DNA of 63,564 bases, counting the filler, from Octopus bimaculoides (Eukaryota), in NCBI RefSeq assembly GCF_001194135.2. It is 3 parts of 3 records of this genome, joined end to end, with 100 filler letters (N's around TTAATTAATTAA, not from the genome) between each part and the next. Parts side by side here need not be neighbours in the genome. Positions count along the whole stretch, not along the records: positions 1 to 28,651 come from NC_069000.1; positions 28,752 to 52,645 come from NC_068998.1; 1 more part is not named here. The stretch is one strand, 5' to 3'. The notes under the pieces were generated by a model. That model was not told the DNA's origin and searched no databases. It saw only the letters and a list, made by a program, of their open reading frames with translations. Shown piece after piece: positions 24,420-36,135 of the stretch (position 1 is its first letter; each line of letters begins with the position of its first letter). The position numbers were made by a program, and so were the translations under genes.

Positions 24420-25040
24420 GGGACCCAATTCAGCTACCTTCACTCTGCTACAGAAGTAATAGCTCTGAACTTTCCCCTTTCTATTCTTTTTCTAGCAACA
24501 ATACTTTCAGAAGAGCCTCCTCCACTGCTAATTAGAACACTTAGGTGATAGAAACTATTTCCTACCTCTAAGGATTCCCTTGGATATTAGACGGAACTTC
24601 TCTCCGGTGTGTTCTTTGTGTTCATTTCTCCTGGACATCTTCCACACAAAGGTCCATTTGCTCTGTTAAATTTCTTGTGCATCCATTACATCTCTTCTGT
24701 GTCCACAGTTTGTACTGGGAACGAAATGGAATTTCTACCTACACCATTTCTACACCTTTTTAAAAGAACTAGTGGTTTGTCTGTTCCCTAGCGTAATAGA
24801 ATTTGGTCCCTGCTAAGTTAACACTAAAGCCTTTTTATTCCAGGTTTTGCTTCCATACCTGGAGTTCCTTTTCTAATTTTACTACAGATTCAGTTATGGG
24901 AACAAGGTCATCAGCATAGAGAAACTCCCATGAGCAACCAGTCTTAGACTCATCTGTTATGGCCTGGAGATGTATGAAAAATAAGAGGGGACTGATAACG
25001 GGACCCTGGTGAACATCAGGCAGCTCAGTAGACTCATTGT
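24420..25040 (-). mobile_element. Decayed RTE-clade LINE reverse transcriptase fragment
   Basis: VHQGPVISPLLFFIHLQAITDESKTGCSWEFLYADDLV (RT motif with YADD). Downstream frameshifted relics resemble GVGRNSI, FVCGRC and SGGG..ESI.AR...KFRELL. Confidence 0.85.
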
Positions 25041-25615
25041 TGCTGTATTTATTATTGACTCTCATTATACGGATGACACCACTCTACAGAACAACCCAAA
25101 TACAAACAAGAGCACAGATGTGTGTGTGTGTGTGTATGCAGACTTGCGTGTGTGCACGTGCATGCGCATGTGTGTTTGTGTGTGTGCACGCATGCAGACG
25201 TGTGTGCGTGAGTATGTTGTGTGTTTGTGTGTTGTGTGTGAGTGTATGCAGACTTGTGTGTGTGTGTGTATGCAGACCTGTATGTGTGTGTGTGTATGTG
25301 TGTGTGTGTGTGTGCGCGTGTATGTATGCAGACTTGTGTGTGTGTGTGTGTGCGTGCACGCACATGCAGACTTGTGTGTGTGTGCATGCGCATGTGTTGT
25401 GTGTGAGTGCATGTGTACTTGCTCACATGTATGGCTGTAATACTCAGACTTTCATAAATCACAAATAACAATGGATAATTTTTCTCTAAAAATTTATTCA
25501 CTTCTAAACAACAATGAATCAGTTTGATAAAACAACACAGTTACAAACTATATACATACATAGAAAGCATATATACACATACATATATATATACATACAC
25601 ACACATACATATATA

Positions 25616-25659
<44 letters not shown>

Positions 25660-26201
25660 TATAAATATATACACATATATATGCACATNNNNNNNNNNNN
25701 NNNNNNNNNNNNNNNNNNNNNNNNNNNNNNNNNNNNNNNNNNNNNNNNNNNNNNNNNNNNNNNNNNNNNNNNNNNNNNNNNNNNNNNNNNNNNNNNNNNN
25801 NNNNNNNNNNNNNNNNNNNNNNNNNNNNNNNNNNNNNNNNNNNNNNNNNNNNNNNNNNNNNNNNNNNNNNNNNNNNNNNNNNNNNNNNNNNNNNNNNNNN
25901 NNNNNNNNNNNNNNNNNNNNNNNNNNNNNNNNNNNNNNNNNNNNNNNNNNNNNNNNNNNNNNNNNNNNNNNNNNNNNNNNNNNNNNNNNNNNNNNNNNNN
26001 NNNNNNNNNNNNNNNNNNNNNNNNNNNNNNNNNNNNNNNNNNNNNNNNNNNNNNNNNNNNNNNNNNNNNNNNNNNNNNNNNNNNNNNNNNNNNNNNNNNN
26101 NNNNNNNNNNNNNNNNNNNNNNNNNNNNNNNNNNNNNNNNNNNNNNNNNNNNNNNNNNNNNNNNNNNNNNNNNNNNNNNNNNNNNNNNNNNNNNNNNNNN
26201 N

Positions 26202-26232
<31 letters not shown>

Positions 26233-26458
26233 TTACACACATATATATAAATATCTATACAACATACACATATATCTACATATTTATAGAATATACACAC
26301 ACACACACACATACACACATATGCATGTATATATATATATTTGAATATTACAAAGCCTAGCTGTGGGTGAAATAGGAATGTAAACACATTCCTTCAATGC
26401 TTTTGATGTGCAGAAACATATTTATAAATATACATATGTATATATATATATTTAAATA

Positions 26459-26492
<34 letters not shown>

Positions 26493-26759
26493 TATACATA
26501 TATGAATGTGTGTGTGTGTGTGTATTTATATACAGTATATTTATTCATGTATAATGAATACCACTGTACAACATTTTATTAACCCCTTCAGGGTTAAGAA
26601 AATGTAGTACTAGTCAAATATGGAGGTCTATGTAATCAACTAGCTCCATCCCATCAAAATTGATGGTCTTATGCCAAAATTTGAAGAAGAACTATTACAT
26701 TATAAAGTGCATAAAAAACTTTTTGGTATAACTGCACCTCCAGTTTTATTATGAACTGG

Positions 26760-26806
<47 letters not shown>

Positions 26807-27611
26807 TAATTTATGGGTTAACAAGGCTACCAATGGTTTCATGCAGAGGAATATCTCTTAACAATTATCAGGCCTGCCACATGGGAATGTTGATACTTGT
26901 CTCAGAAATGGAAATGAGTACCACATGTGGGGGGGGGGGATGTACATGCACAAACAACCTGTAATCTACTGAAGAAATACTGAAGAAAGTAGTTTGTATA
27001 TATATTAAAAAAAAAAATATAATAAAATATATAAATAAAGGCATGATAGTCACACATGACTTGAATACCTTTGATTACAGGTCTTCCCAGTAGAATAGAT
27101 TCTAAATAGAATCCTGCAGTGCACTGATGGATTTGTGTTGGGTGACATAGCAAGCTCCCTCATGAAAAATTATAAAATTGTGTTTATCCCTTTAGCATTT
27201 ANNNNNNNNNNNNNNNNNNNNNNNNNNNNNNNNNNNNNNNNNNNNNNNNNNNNNNNNNNNNNNNNNNNNNNNNNNNNNNNNNNNNNNNNNNNNNNNNNNN
27301 NNNNNNNNNNNNNNNNNNNNNNNNNNNNNNNNNNNNNNNNNNNNNNNNNNNNNNNNNNNNNNNNNNNNNNNNNNNNNNNNNNNNNNNNNNNNNNNNNNNN
27401 NNNNNNNNNNNNNNNNNNNNNNNNNNNNNNNNNNNNNNNNNNNNNNNNNNNNNNNNNNNNNNNNNNNNNNNNNNNNNNNNNNNNNNNNNNNNNNNNNNNN
27501 NNNNNNNNNNNNNNNNNNNNNNNNNNNNNNNNNNNNNNNNNNNNNNNNNNNNNNNNNNNNNNNNNNNNNNNNNNNNNNNNNNNNNNNNNNNNNNNNNNNN
27601 NNNNNNNNNNN

Positions 27612-27720
27612 GACTAAAAGTGGTGCTCCAGTATGGCCGCAGTCAAATGACTGAAACAAGTAAAAAAATAAAAGAATATATATATATATATCTAAAGACA
27701 GCACATTTGCAGGCCTGAGC
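27612..27720. repeat. 109-bp exact duplicate of 28543-28651 (likely contig-overlap artefact)
   Basis: Identical sequence; each copy abuts a gap. Confidence 0.85.
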
Positions 27721-28412
27721 TGCCTTCCTTCCTGGTTGATAAAAATTTCAGCTCTTTGCTCTTCATGACAAATTGTTTATACAAGTCGATGACCTTTCTA
27801 GTCGTCAACGTGTATCAACAATTTTTAAAAACGTCCAAGTTTGTGAAAACAAAAATGGATAAACAGCCCACCTATAATAGAATGGGTGATGAGGTGAGAA
27901 AACAAAAAAAAAAAAGAATCAAAATGAAGTAAGATATAAAAATCATAATAAAAACTGATAAAATAATAAAATAGGTAAATGTATAAATGCTAATGTTATT
28001 TAACGAAATGGTTCAAATGAAATGATTTTTAAAGTATGATATTGTTCAGTGATTGTAAATTGCATGCTGGAGGTGCATAAATCTGACCACCAGATAACAC
28101 GCTTTCAACAAATGTTTTGTTTTAAGGCACGCTAGGTATCACTCTCTCTCATTTGCTTATTCAAAGATTAATGTTGGAAAAAGTATTAAAAAAAAAAAAT
28201 TGCATAATAATATGAGATCAAACTATAAATGTGTTTGCTACAACGATTCACAACAAGCAAATCTTCAATTGTTTAAATTTGTTGAATCTATGTTACCTCG
28301 AAAGAGTGAGCGAAATAGCGATAGATAGATAGATAGATAGATACATACATAGATAGATAGATAAAGAAGAAGAGAGATAGTGAGACAGGTATATATATAT
28401 ATNNNNNNNNNN

Positions 28413-28610
28413 TTTGTCCCCCAACATTGCTTGACAACCGATGCTGGTGCGTTTATGTCCCCATAACTTAGCAGTTCGGTGAAAGGGGCCGATAGAATAA
28501 GTACTAGGCTTACAAAGAATAAGTCCTGCGATTGATTTGCTCGACTAAAAGTGGTGCTCCAGTATGGCCGCAGTCAAATGACTGAAACAAGTAAAAAAAT
28601 AAAAGAATAT
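28413..28610 (+). mobile_element. SINE family A, 3' half
   Basis: cattgcttgacaaccgatgctgg...gatagaataagtactaggcttacaaagaataagtcc. Confidence 0.85.
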
Positions 28611-28651
28611 ATATATATATATCTAAAGACAGCACATTTGCAGGCCTGAGC

Positions 28652-28751
28652 NNNNNNNNNNNNNNNNNNNNNNNNNNNNNNNNNNNNNNNNNNNNTTAAT
28701 TAATTAANNNNNNNNNNNNNNNNNNNNNNNNNNNNNNNNNNNNNNNNNNNN
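28652..28751. other. Artificial assembly spacer: 44 N + TTAATTAATTAA + 44 N
   Basis: Same architecture at 52646-52745. The 12-mer has stop codons in all six frames. Confidence 0.95.
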
Positions 28752-28769
28752 TATATATATATATATTGC

Positions 28770-28915
28770 TTTTGAATTTTGGCATAAGGCCCGCAATTTC
28801 AGTGTTCAACTAGTACTTATTTTATCGAGCCCGAAAGGTTGAAATGAAAAGTCAACTTCGGTGGAATTTGAACCCAGGAACGTTGAATCGGAAGAAATAC
28901 CGCTGATATACAGAT
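28770..28915 (-). mobile_element. SINE family B, diverged
   Basis: tacttattttatcgagcccgaaagg...aagtcaacttcggtggaatttgaac. Confidence 0.7.
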
Positions 28916-28956
28916 AAATACTAGCTATTAGTGAGAGAAGCGGCCTTTGTAACGGT

Positions 28957-29455
28957 GGATATGTTGTTTATAACGCCGTGGACTGCGGTGAACGTCCCGA
29001 TTAATCATCTCGTGTAGACGACAAATGGTGAAAAGAATAGATACTATCGGTTGACGACATTTCGTCAGCACCGCTGGATGGCACTACTGTATCACGTGAT
29101 TTCACCGTACATTGTAGATCAGGAGTGGTAGCTAGCCAAGCAACGAATACCAGACGAAAAGTCAACCAAACTGATATACAATAACACTGACGAAGGAACC
29201 AGCGATGTCGCGAAAAGCTGGCGTGCTGTGGATAAATTAGCTATTTGCGACAGAAGCAGCTTTGTAATGAGTATTAATTAGCACATCCAACTTAGCCTGG
29301 ATATGTTATTTATAACGCCGTGGACTGCGGTGAACGTCCCGATAAAAATCATCCGTGTTGACGAAAAATACTAAAAAGCCCCAATGGTATTGGTTGGTAA
29401 AATTTCGTCAGCACTAGCAGATGGCACTACTGTATCATATGATTTCACCGTAAAT
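28957..29455. repeat. Degenerate direct duplication, period 342 bp, two conserved blocks around a diverged spacer
   Basis: 35-bp identical block at 28967-29001 and 29309-29343. A 51-bp block at 29059-29109 and 29402-29452 has 7 differences. Confidence 0.9.
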
Positions 29456-29544
29456 TGCGGAGCATTCTGACCACCAAGGACACAAGCACTCCTCCCCCAA
29501 ACTGTTATTCTCCAATCAACAGGCTCCTACCTGCAGCAGTTCCA

Positions 29545-29735
29545 TTCACTTTAACGTTGAGTTCAAATGTCGCCGAAAGATGACCTTGTCTTTCATCTTT
29601 TTCGGGTCGATAAAATAGGTACCAAATTAAGCACATCCGACCTAGCCTGGATTAACGGTCGTTGCTATCAACTAGCCCCACCACCATCACCAAAATTTCA
29701 GGCCCTGTGCCTATCTATAGTAGAAAGGATCACTT
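29545..29735 (+). mobile_element. SINE family B, diverged
   Basis: gagttcaaatgtcgcc...tttcatcttttcgggtcgataaaat...aaaatttcaggccctgtgcc...agtagaaagga. Confidence 0.75.
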
Positions 29736-30046
29736 AATGGTAAGCACAAATGTGTTACATTTGGAAAAAAAAAGATCTCCTTGTTACCAGACCACAACTA
29801 GCTTCCTCAGATATCAAGGCCTTTCGAATTGTCTTTATTGTTCCCAATAGAGCAGATTTCTCTCGTAATGCATCTCCCTTAGTTACTCCGAACCTTTAAA
29901 CCAACTACCGAGTCTATGGGCAACTTAAGGAGCGTATAACTGCTGGGATTACTTTTGCAGAAACCCTACACGTTCTTCGCATTTCCTGTACTAGGTCTTT
30001 TTCCTATTGTTTCCTGTTCCTTAACCACCATTGTTGTTATAATAAT

Positions 30047-30119
<73 letters not shown>

Positions 30120-30133
30120 ACAGTATCACTTAC

Positions 30134-30199
30134 GAATTCTTCTTCCAAAGAGCTCCCGGCGCCTGTTGTGTTCGCTCTGCTGACAATCCAACTAGACAT
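30134..30199 (-). other. Candidate exon, possibly first coding exon (MSSWIVSRANTTGAGSSLEEEF), gene unknown
   Basis: GC-richer island with perfect donor C|gtaagt and an ATG 66 nt upstream in phase 0. The other two frames are also open near the donor. Confidence 0.3.
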
Positions 30200-30381
30200 C
30201 ACGTTTACTCCCCAAAAATACATCCATCACAAGCATCATAGAAAACTATATCCAAATTATTATTACCAAACCATTATTTTTCGCCATTTTGCAGCCGTTC
30301 CCTCCACCCATCCCGTCTCTCTTCACTATGTTATTTCCTTTTCATTCTTTGATCTTTTCTTTTTTGTTATTATTATTTCTA

Positions 30382-30415
<34 letters not shown>

Positions 30416-30577
30416 CATTGACATTGTTATTTATTATTGGTCTGCAATTGTTTTTGTTGGTTTCGCCTTCGCCTTTTCATTCGGCATAAATCTAGTCTTT
30501 GTACGCTTACACACGTATATACACACTTACATGCTCACTCATAGACATGTATACATACTTAAACACATTTACACACA

Positions 30578-30617
<40 letters not shown>

Positions 30618-31059
30618 CATATATACACAAACACATACACATATGTGTGCAGTGTGTGTACACATACATTCATATACACATTCGCATACATATGTACATG
30701 CATGCATATACACGCACGCACACGCACACACGAGAAACACAATGTAATGTTACAAATCGTTGAAAACCTACCAATCCACTCATGACTACCACCACTATCA
30801 TCATTATCACCACCATCATCATCACCACCACCGCCACTACTATTACCATCATCACTCATGTATTTTTATTTTTTTGAATTTTAGGTAAGTGGTTTTATTA
30901 ACAAGCTGTTGGTATGAAACACATGGGAGGGGTTCCATATCCAGGTTGGTCATTGCTTATTTATTCAGTATACACCCACCCCCGCCACCACAAATACAGA
31001 AGAATTATTTGCCCCAATATTTAAGATATAAAAAAAAAAACAAGAAAAAAGGGTAAAAA

Positions 31060-31305
31060 CCCCGCTTCGGTCATGAATGACCATGGAATTGCACCTAGTA
31101 AGTTCCCCTCAGCGGCACAAGCCCGAGCAAGGTTGTTTATGGAAGATCAACAAGAAACCCATGCATACTATCCTCCCCTCTCCATGCCACTGATGTTATC
31201 CAAAGGAAAAGCAAAGGGGCCGATACAGCTTGGCATCAGTGACGCCACAACTCATTTCTACAGCTGAGTGAACTGGAGCAACGTGAAATAAAGTGTCTTG
31301 CAAGT
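31060..31305 (-). mobile_element. CORE-type SINE (family C), CORE and 3' tail
   Basis: Minus strand: cttgcaagacactttatttcacgttgctccagttcactcagctgtagaaatgag, resembling the CORE domain (MIR-like ccttgggcaagtcactt...cagtttcctcatctgtaaaatg). Confidence 0.75.
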
Positions 31306-31525
31306 AGCTTGCTTCTTAACCACATGGTCCCGGGTTCAGTCCCACTGCGTGGCAGGTGTCTTCTACTATAGCCTCGGGCCGACCAAAGCCTTGTGAGTAG
31401 ATTTGGTAGACGGAAACTGAAAGAAGCCCGGCGTATATATGTATATGTGTGTGTTTGTGTTTATACCCCTGCCATCGCTTGAGAACCGATGCTGGTATGT
31501 TTATGACCCATAACTTAGCGGTTCG
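31305..31525 (+). mobile_element. SINE family A, 5' half and start of 3' half
   Basis: aaccacatggtcccgggttcagtcccactgcgtggc...ccatcgcttgagaaccgatgctgg. Confidence 0.85.
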
Positions 31526-31577
31526 TATGTTTGTTTATATGTATTTATGTATGTATGTATGTATGTATGTATGTATG

Positions 31578-31720
31578 TTTTATGCATGTATTCTCATGTA
31601 TATAATTGAATATCTAGACATGCTCATATATATTTAAATGATAAACTTCTGGAATGTTTTACGGATTTTTATAGCTCCAGTGATGAACTGGATCTGTAGT
31701 CTTCGAATTAGCTTTCTTCT
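31578..31720 (-). mobile_element. R4/Dong-like family 2 fragment flanked on both sides by (CATA)n
   Basis: RRKLIRRLQIQFITGAIKIRKTFQKFII* plus 3'UTR homologous to 7790-7919. Confidence 0.75.
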
Positions 31721-31869
31721 TGTATGTATGTATGTATGTATGTATGTATGTATGTACGCATGTATGTATGTATGTATGTATGTATGTATGTATGTACGCA
31801 TGTATGTATGTATGTATGTATGTATGTATGTATGTATGTATTAGGAGGAGGAAGGGGAAGAGAGCGACA

Positions 31870-31995
31870 AAGTTTCTGTCCACCAAGTTACTATTTTCCA
31901 TTCACAAGGTTATCGAAGAAGATACTGGCTCAAAGTGCCGCAAACAGGGATCGAACTCGTAACAGCGTAGCAGCGACACGAACCACTTTAACCAT
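31870..31995 (-). mobile_element. Old tRNA-headed SINE relic related to family A
   Basis: ttcacaagg...gaagaagatactggctcaaagtgccgc...gggatcgaactc. Confidence 0.45.
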
Positions 31996-33539
31996 AAAAC
32001 CATACCTAAGCAAATAAGAAAAAAGAAGCAACATATGAATAATAAGGTAACACTACACCTGGACTATTAAGACAGGAGTGGCATGATTGGAACGTTTGCG
32101 ATTATCATTGGCCTTGGGCTAAACAGCATCAACAACACTATAAAGAATTGTCCTTGAAAATAGCCAAAGGGAATTGCTGTTATTGTTGGTGTTGTTGCTG
32201 CTGCTGTTGCTGTTGTCTACGCCTTCTCCTTGGTTAACACCTGAACGCTTAAGCGGGTGGATATATATATATATATAAATACATCCGACTAAAAATATCC
32301 CGAGTACTGACAACAACGGAAGTGAGCACTCATCAAATTGCCGACATGTCTGCCTCTCGGTTTCATTTATAGAATTCTTAACGGAATTGATAAACAAACT
32401 TGACAACGGGTAGAAACGAACAGCCGTATGTATGTATGTATGTAGGGAGGTAGATAGGTATAATATACATATATACATATCTACAAATACACACATCCAT
32501 ATATACAAAGGTATGTGTGTGAGTGTGTATATATGTATATATATGTATGTATATATGCGTATGTTTATATATACCGTGTGTTGAAACAGATATTATTATA
32601 TTTCGACACGGTCATTTATTTATTTATATTTTTTTTACCTATTAAACACACGCACTATATATTCGTTCTTCACTCGTTTCTTATTTCAACTGATGTCCAT
32701 TGTCCAGACAATGCGTGTTTATTTGGCAAAAAAAAATTGACCATTCCGAAATATAACAATATATATATAGTAAGTAACTTTTTAAAAACTCTTTTTCTAA
32801 TTGTCGTAACTGTATCAAGTAATTTAACCAAAATTTTTTAATATATATATATATATGTTCTGTCTAAAGACTTACACCCCTTACGGATTAAATTCCAATC
32901 CTCAATTTACCCAACTTGTACCATCGAACTCATGTTTCCATAGCCCCATCCATAATTGCACACGCTTGTCTTTTTGTTATTTCTTCACATTTCCCTCGTT
33001 CTGTTACTCGCGTACCACCCCTATCAATAATTTCCGTTTCTTACCTTTTCGAATCTACGTTCTTGGCCTTTTACCAACCCAGATTTTTCATTCTGAGACT
33101 TAACTCCGACCCTCGTTTTTTATTTCTTTGTTTTCTCTCTCGCGTACGCCCCCACAGAAAAAAAATCTTTTTGTACACCGGTTCTCTACTTATACATACT
33201 CACTAATCCGGGGCAACTTACCTATTCTTCAACTATAGCTCGTTTGTTAATTTTACACACACACACACACACATGCGCCACACATACATGCACACACACG
33301 CATGTGTTTTGACATTACCTATCCAACGCATACACACACATCGACATCACACTACACCTATGTATGTATGTATGTATGTATGTAATACAGATAATGTATG
33401 TAATACAAATGAGTATATGCATATATACGTACATGTATGTACATACTTACATCTACCTGTATATATAGATGCATATCTGGGTACAGGACATTGCAAACAA
33501 GGCGTAGACAAAATGATATGCATACATTTACATACATCA

Positions 33540-33750
33540 TATAACTTCATCTGTGTTTTACCAAAAGTCCAATATCGCGAAATTCCTTATCAGTGGTATC
33601 ATCTTAATCATTTTATCTAATACTCTTTGACTGAGCCTACCTAGATCAGATTTTGATGGACTAATAAACCAGATAGTAGGACATTCGTAGAAGTTTGGTT
33701 TGTGATCTTTTAGGTCGAACCAGGGGCGTTTTGGATGAAAAGGTTCCAAA
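33540..33750 (-). mobile_element. Penelope-like element reverse transcriptase fragment
   Basis: LKDHKPNFYECPTIWFISPSKSDLGRLSQRVLDKM...W*NT resembles the PLE RT motif LKDHK.NF...P.CRLI.P.KS..G..S...LD. Confidence 0.75.
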
Positions 33751-33902
33751 TTTACTCACAGATTTATATACATACATACTTATATACATATACTTCGATT
33801 TGGTAATCATATATGTAAGAACCGCCTGCACATGCACTTATGTGTACATATATGCGTGTTGCTGCGCGTGCGAAGTAGCGTGTAAGTGTACATGTTACGG
33901 TC

Positions 33903-33972
33903 TTAACTTCTGGAATGTCTCACATATTTTTACTGTTCCGTGTATGGTTTGTAATTGTATTTTTTTAATTAG
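33903..33972 (-). mobile_element. R4/Dong-like family 2-related C-terminal fragment
   Basis: LIKKIQLQTIHGTVKICETFQK. Confidence 0.55.
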
Positions 33973-34120
33973 CCGTGTCCTTGACTAAGCTGTCGGCTAC
34001 ATAAGAATTAGCTGTATAAGAACTCATTTTCTAAATCTTTCTCCTCCTCCTCTTCTTCTTTCTCTCCTTTTCTCTATATAAAGAGATGTGCGTGAGTATA
34101 TAGTATCTTTGTGTGTGTGT

Positions 34121-34187
<67 letters not shown>

Positions 34188-34904
34188 NNNNNNNNNNNNN
34201 NNNNNNNNNNNNNNNNNNNNNNNNNNNNNNNNNNNNNNNNNNNNNNNNNNNNNNNNNNNNNNNNNNNNNNNNNNNNNNNNNNNNNNNNNNNNNNNNNNNN
34301 NNNNNNNNNNNNNNNNNNNNNNNNAGAGAGAGAGAGAGAGAGAGAGGGGGGTCGAAATAGAGAGAATGGGGAAGAGAAAGAGAGAGGTAGAAGAGTTAGA
34401 AGGTGAAAAGACAGACTGCGAAGAGAGAATAGGGAAGAGAGAGAGAGAGAGAGAGAGAGAGTGCGGAGGGAGAGAGAGAGAGTGCGGAGGGAGAGAGAGA
34501 GTGCGGAGGGAGAGAGAGAGAGAGAAGGCGAAGAGAAAGAGAGGGAAAAGTGAGAGAGAGAGGGTGAAGAGAGAGTGAGATGGCAAAGGGAGAGAGAGAG
34601 AGTGTGTGCAAAGAGAGGGTGAAGTGAGAGAGAGAGAGGATGAAGCGAGAGAGAGAAAGGATCAAGCGAGAGAGAGAGGATGAAGTGAGAGAGAGGGTTA
34701 GGTGAGAGAGAGAGAAAGAAAGGTTACGAAGTTGTGACGTTCCTTACTTTCCTGGTACCATCTGTGGAATAAAGGAAATAGAACGGTAGAGAGCACGAAT
34801 TGAACCCCAGTCGATGTGTTTACACACTTGCTTGCACTTTATAATAATGACTTACTAGACTTACTAACTGTTATGTTAGGCTCGAGAATAAGAGAGACGG
34901 CAGC

Positions 34905-35350
34905 TGTGAGGGTCGCAAACGTGAAGCTTGACACGTGGGAATGATTGCAAACGTAAATCGTTTATGTGAAAGATCGTAAATGTGAAAGATCACATACGTG
35001 AAGGATCGCATATGTGAAGGATTGCAAATGTGAATGATCGTATTTGTGAAAGATTAATATATGAAGGATCGCAGTTGTGAAGGACCCAATATGTGAAATG
35101 GTGGCATATGTGAAGGTGGCACATATATGAAAGATTACATAGGGCAAATGTGAAGGATTGCAAATGTGAAGGATTATAAATGTGAGCAATCGGAAGGATC
35201 ACGGATGTGAATGATCGCAGATGTGAAGGATTAGAAATGTGAAGGATGCATATGTGAATGATTGTAAATATGAAGTATCGCATATGTGAAGGATTACACA
35301 TGCGAAGGATCGCATATGGGAAGGATCGCATATGGGAAGGTTCGCAAATT
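34905..35350. repeat. Degenerate 16-bp minisatellite (consensus ATGTGAAGGATCGCAT), about 24-27 units
   Basis: Periodic tgtgaa..gat motif, read directly. Confidence 0.9.
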
Positions 35351-36056
35351 CTCGGATTACAAATGAGAGTGCTGCCTTTCCAAGAAGCTTTTAGCGGTGA
35401 ATGGTTAAATAAATGATCTTGACACGTAAAAGAGAGCCTGTCTTTGATTGGCTGTACATTACACCCTCGTTTCACCTCGTCCCTCATACCATGACACTAA
35501 GTCACTCAACACCCTCTCACACAAACTATTTCCTGTCTATTAACAATAATAGCTTGGCATATTTGCACCTCTTAGTAAATATTTAACTACCGCTCACACT
35601 TGCCATGGGTTCGCTGGCTGGCTGGTAGGTCGGTTGGCTAGTTGGCTGGCTGGTTTTGTCGCTGCCTCTATGTATATGTGTGTGTGTATGTGCGTGTGTG
35701 TGCATGTGTGTGTGAGTGTGTATATATAAATGATAGATATGTATGTATATATATATATATATACATACGCATATGTGTGCGTACACCCATAGACACCACA
35801 CGCACACATATATGTAGACGATAGACAGACAAATAGATATGTATGAACGTGTATATACATACATATATGGGTGTGTTTATACATACACACGTACGCACAC
35901 GCACGCACACACACACGCATACACACACACACAAACACACATATATATAATATTTGCATGTAAGTCTATACACGCACATACACACATAGATGATAGAGTG
36001 ACAGATAGATATGTATGTATACGTAGTGTGCATGTGTCTTTGATTATTTGTTATAT

Positions 36057-36135
36057 CAGTGGTTCTCAACAAGGGTCCGTATGGCCCCTGAGGGTCCACA
36101 TAAGATTTTGTGGGGGTCAAAGCAACAAAAATGTA
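36057..36135 (+). mobile_element. hAT (Charlie-like) terminal relic
   Basis: Begins CAGTGGTTCTCAAC, a typical hAT TIR. The opposite TIR was not found. Confidence 0.55.

Noticed and set aside
27750-27895. Exon candidates on both strands
   Set aside because: Several frames look equally plausible and none is recognisable, so no call is supportable.
28967-29001. Twister ribozyme or U6-type promoter
   Set aside because: It lacks the twister P4 consensus, PSE-TATA spacing does not fit, and no known snRNA follows.
28957-29455. CRISPR-like repeat-spacer reading of the 35-bp identical blocks
   Set aside because: There are only two copies, 342 bp apart, in a eukaryotic context with no cas genes.
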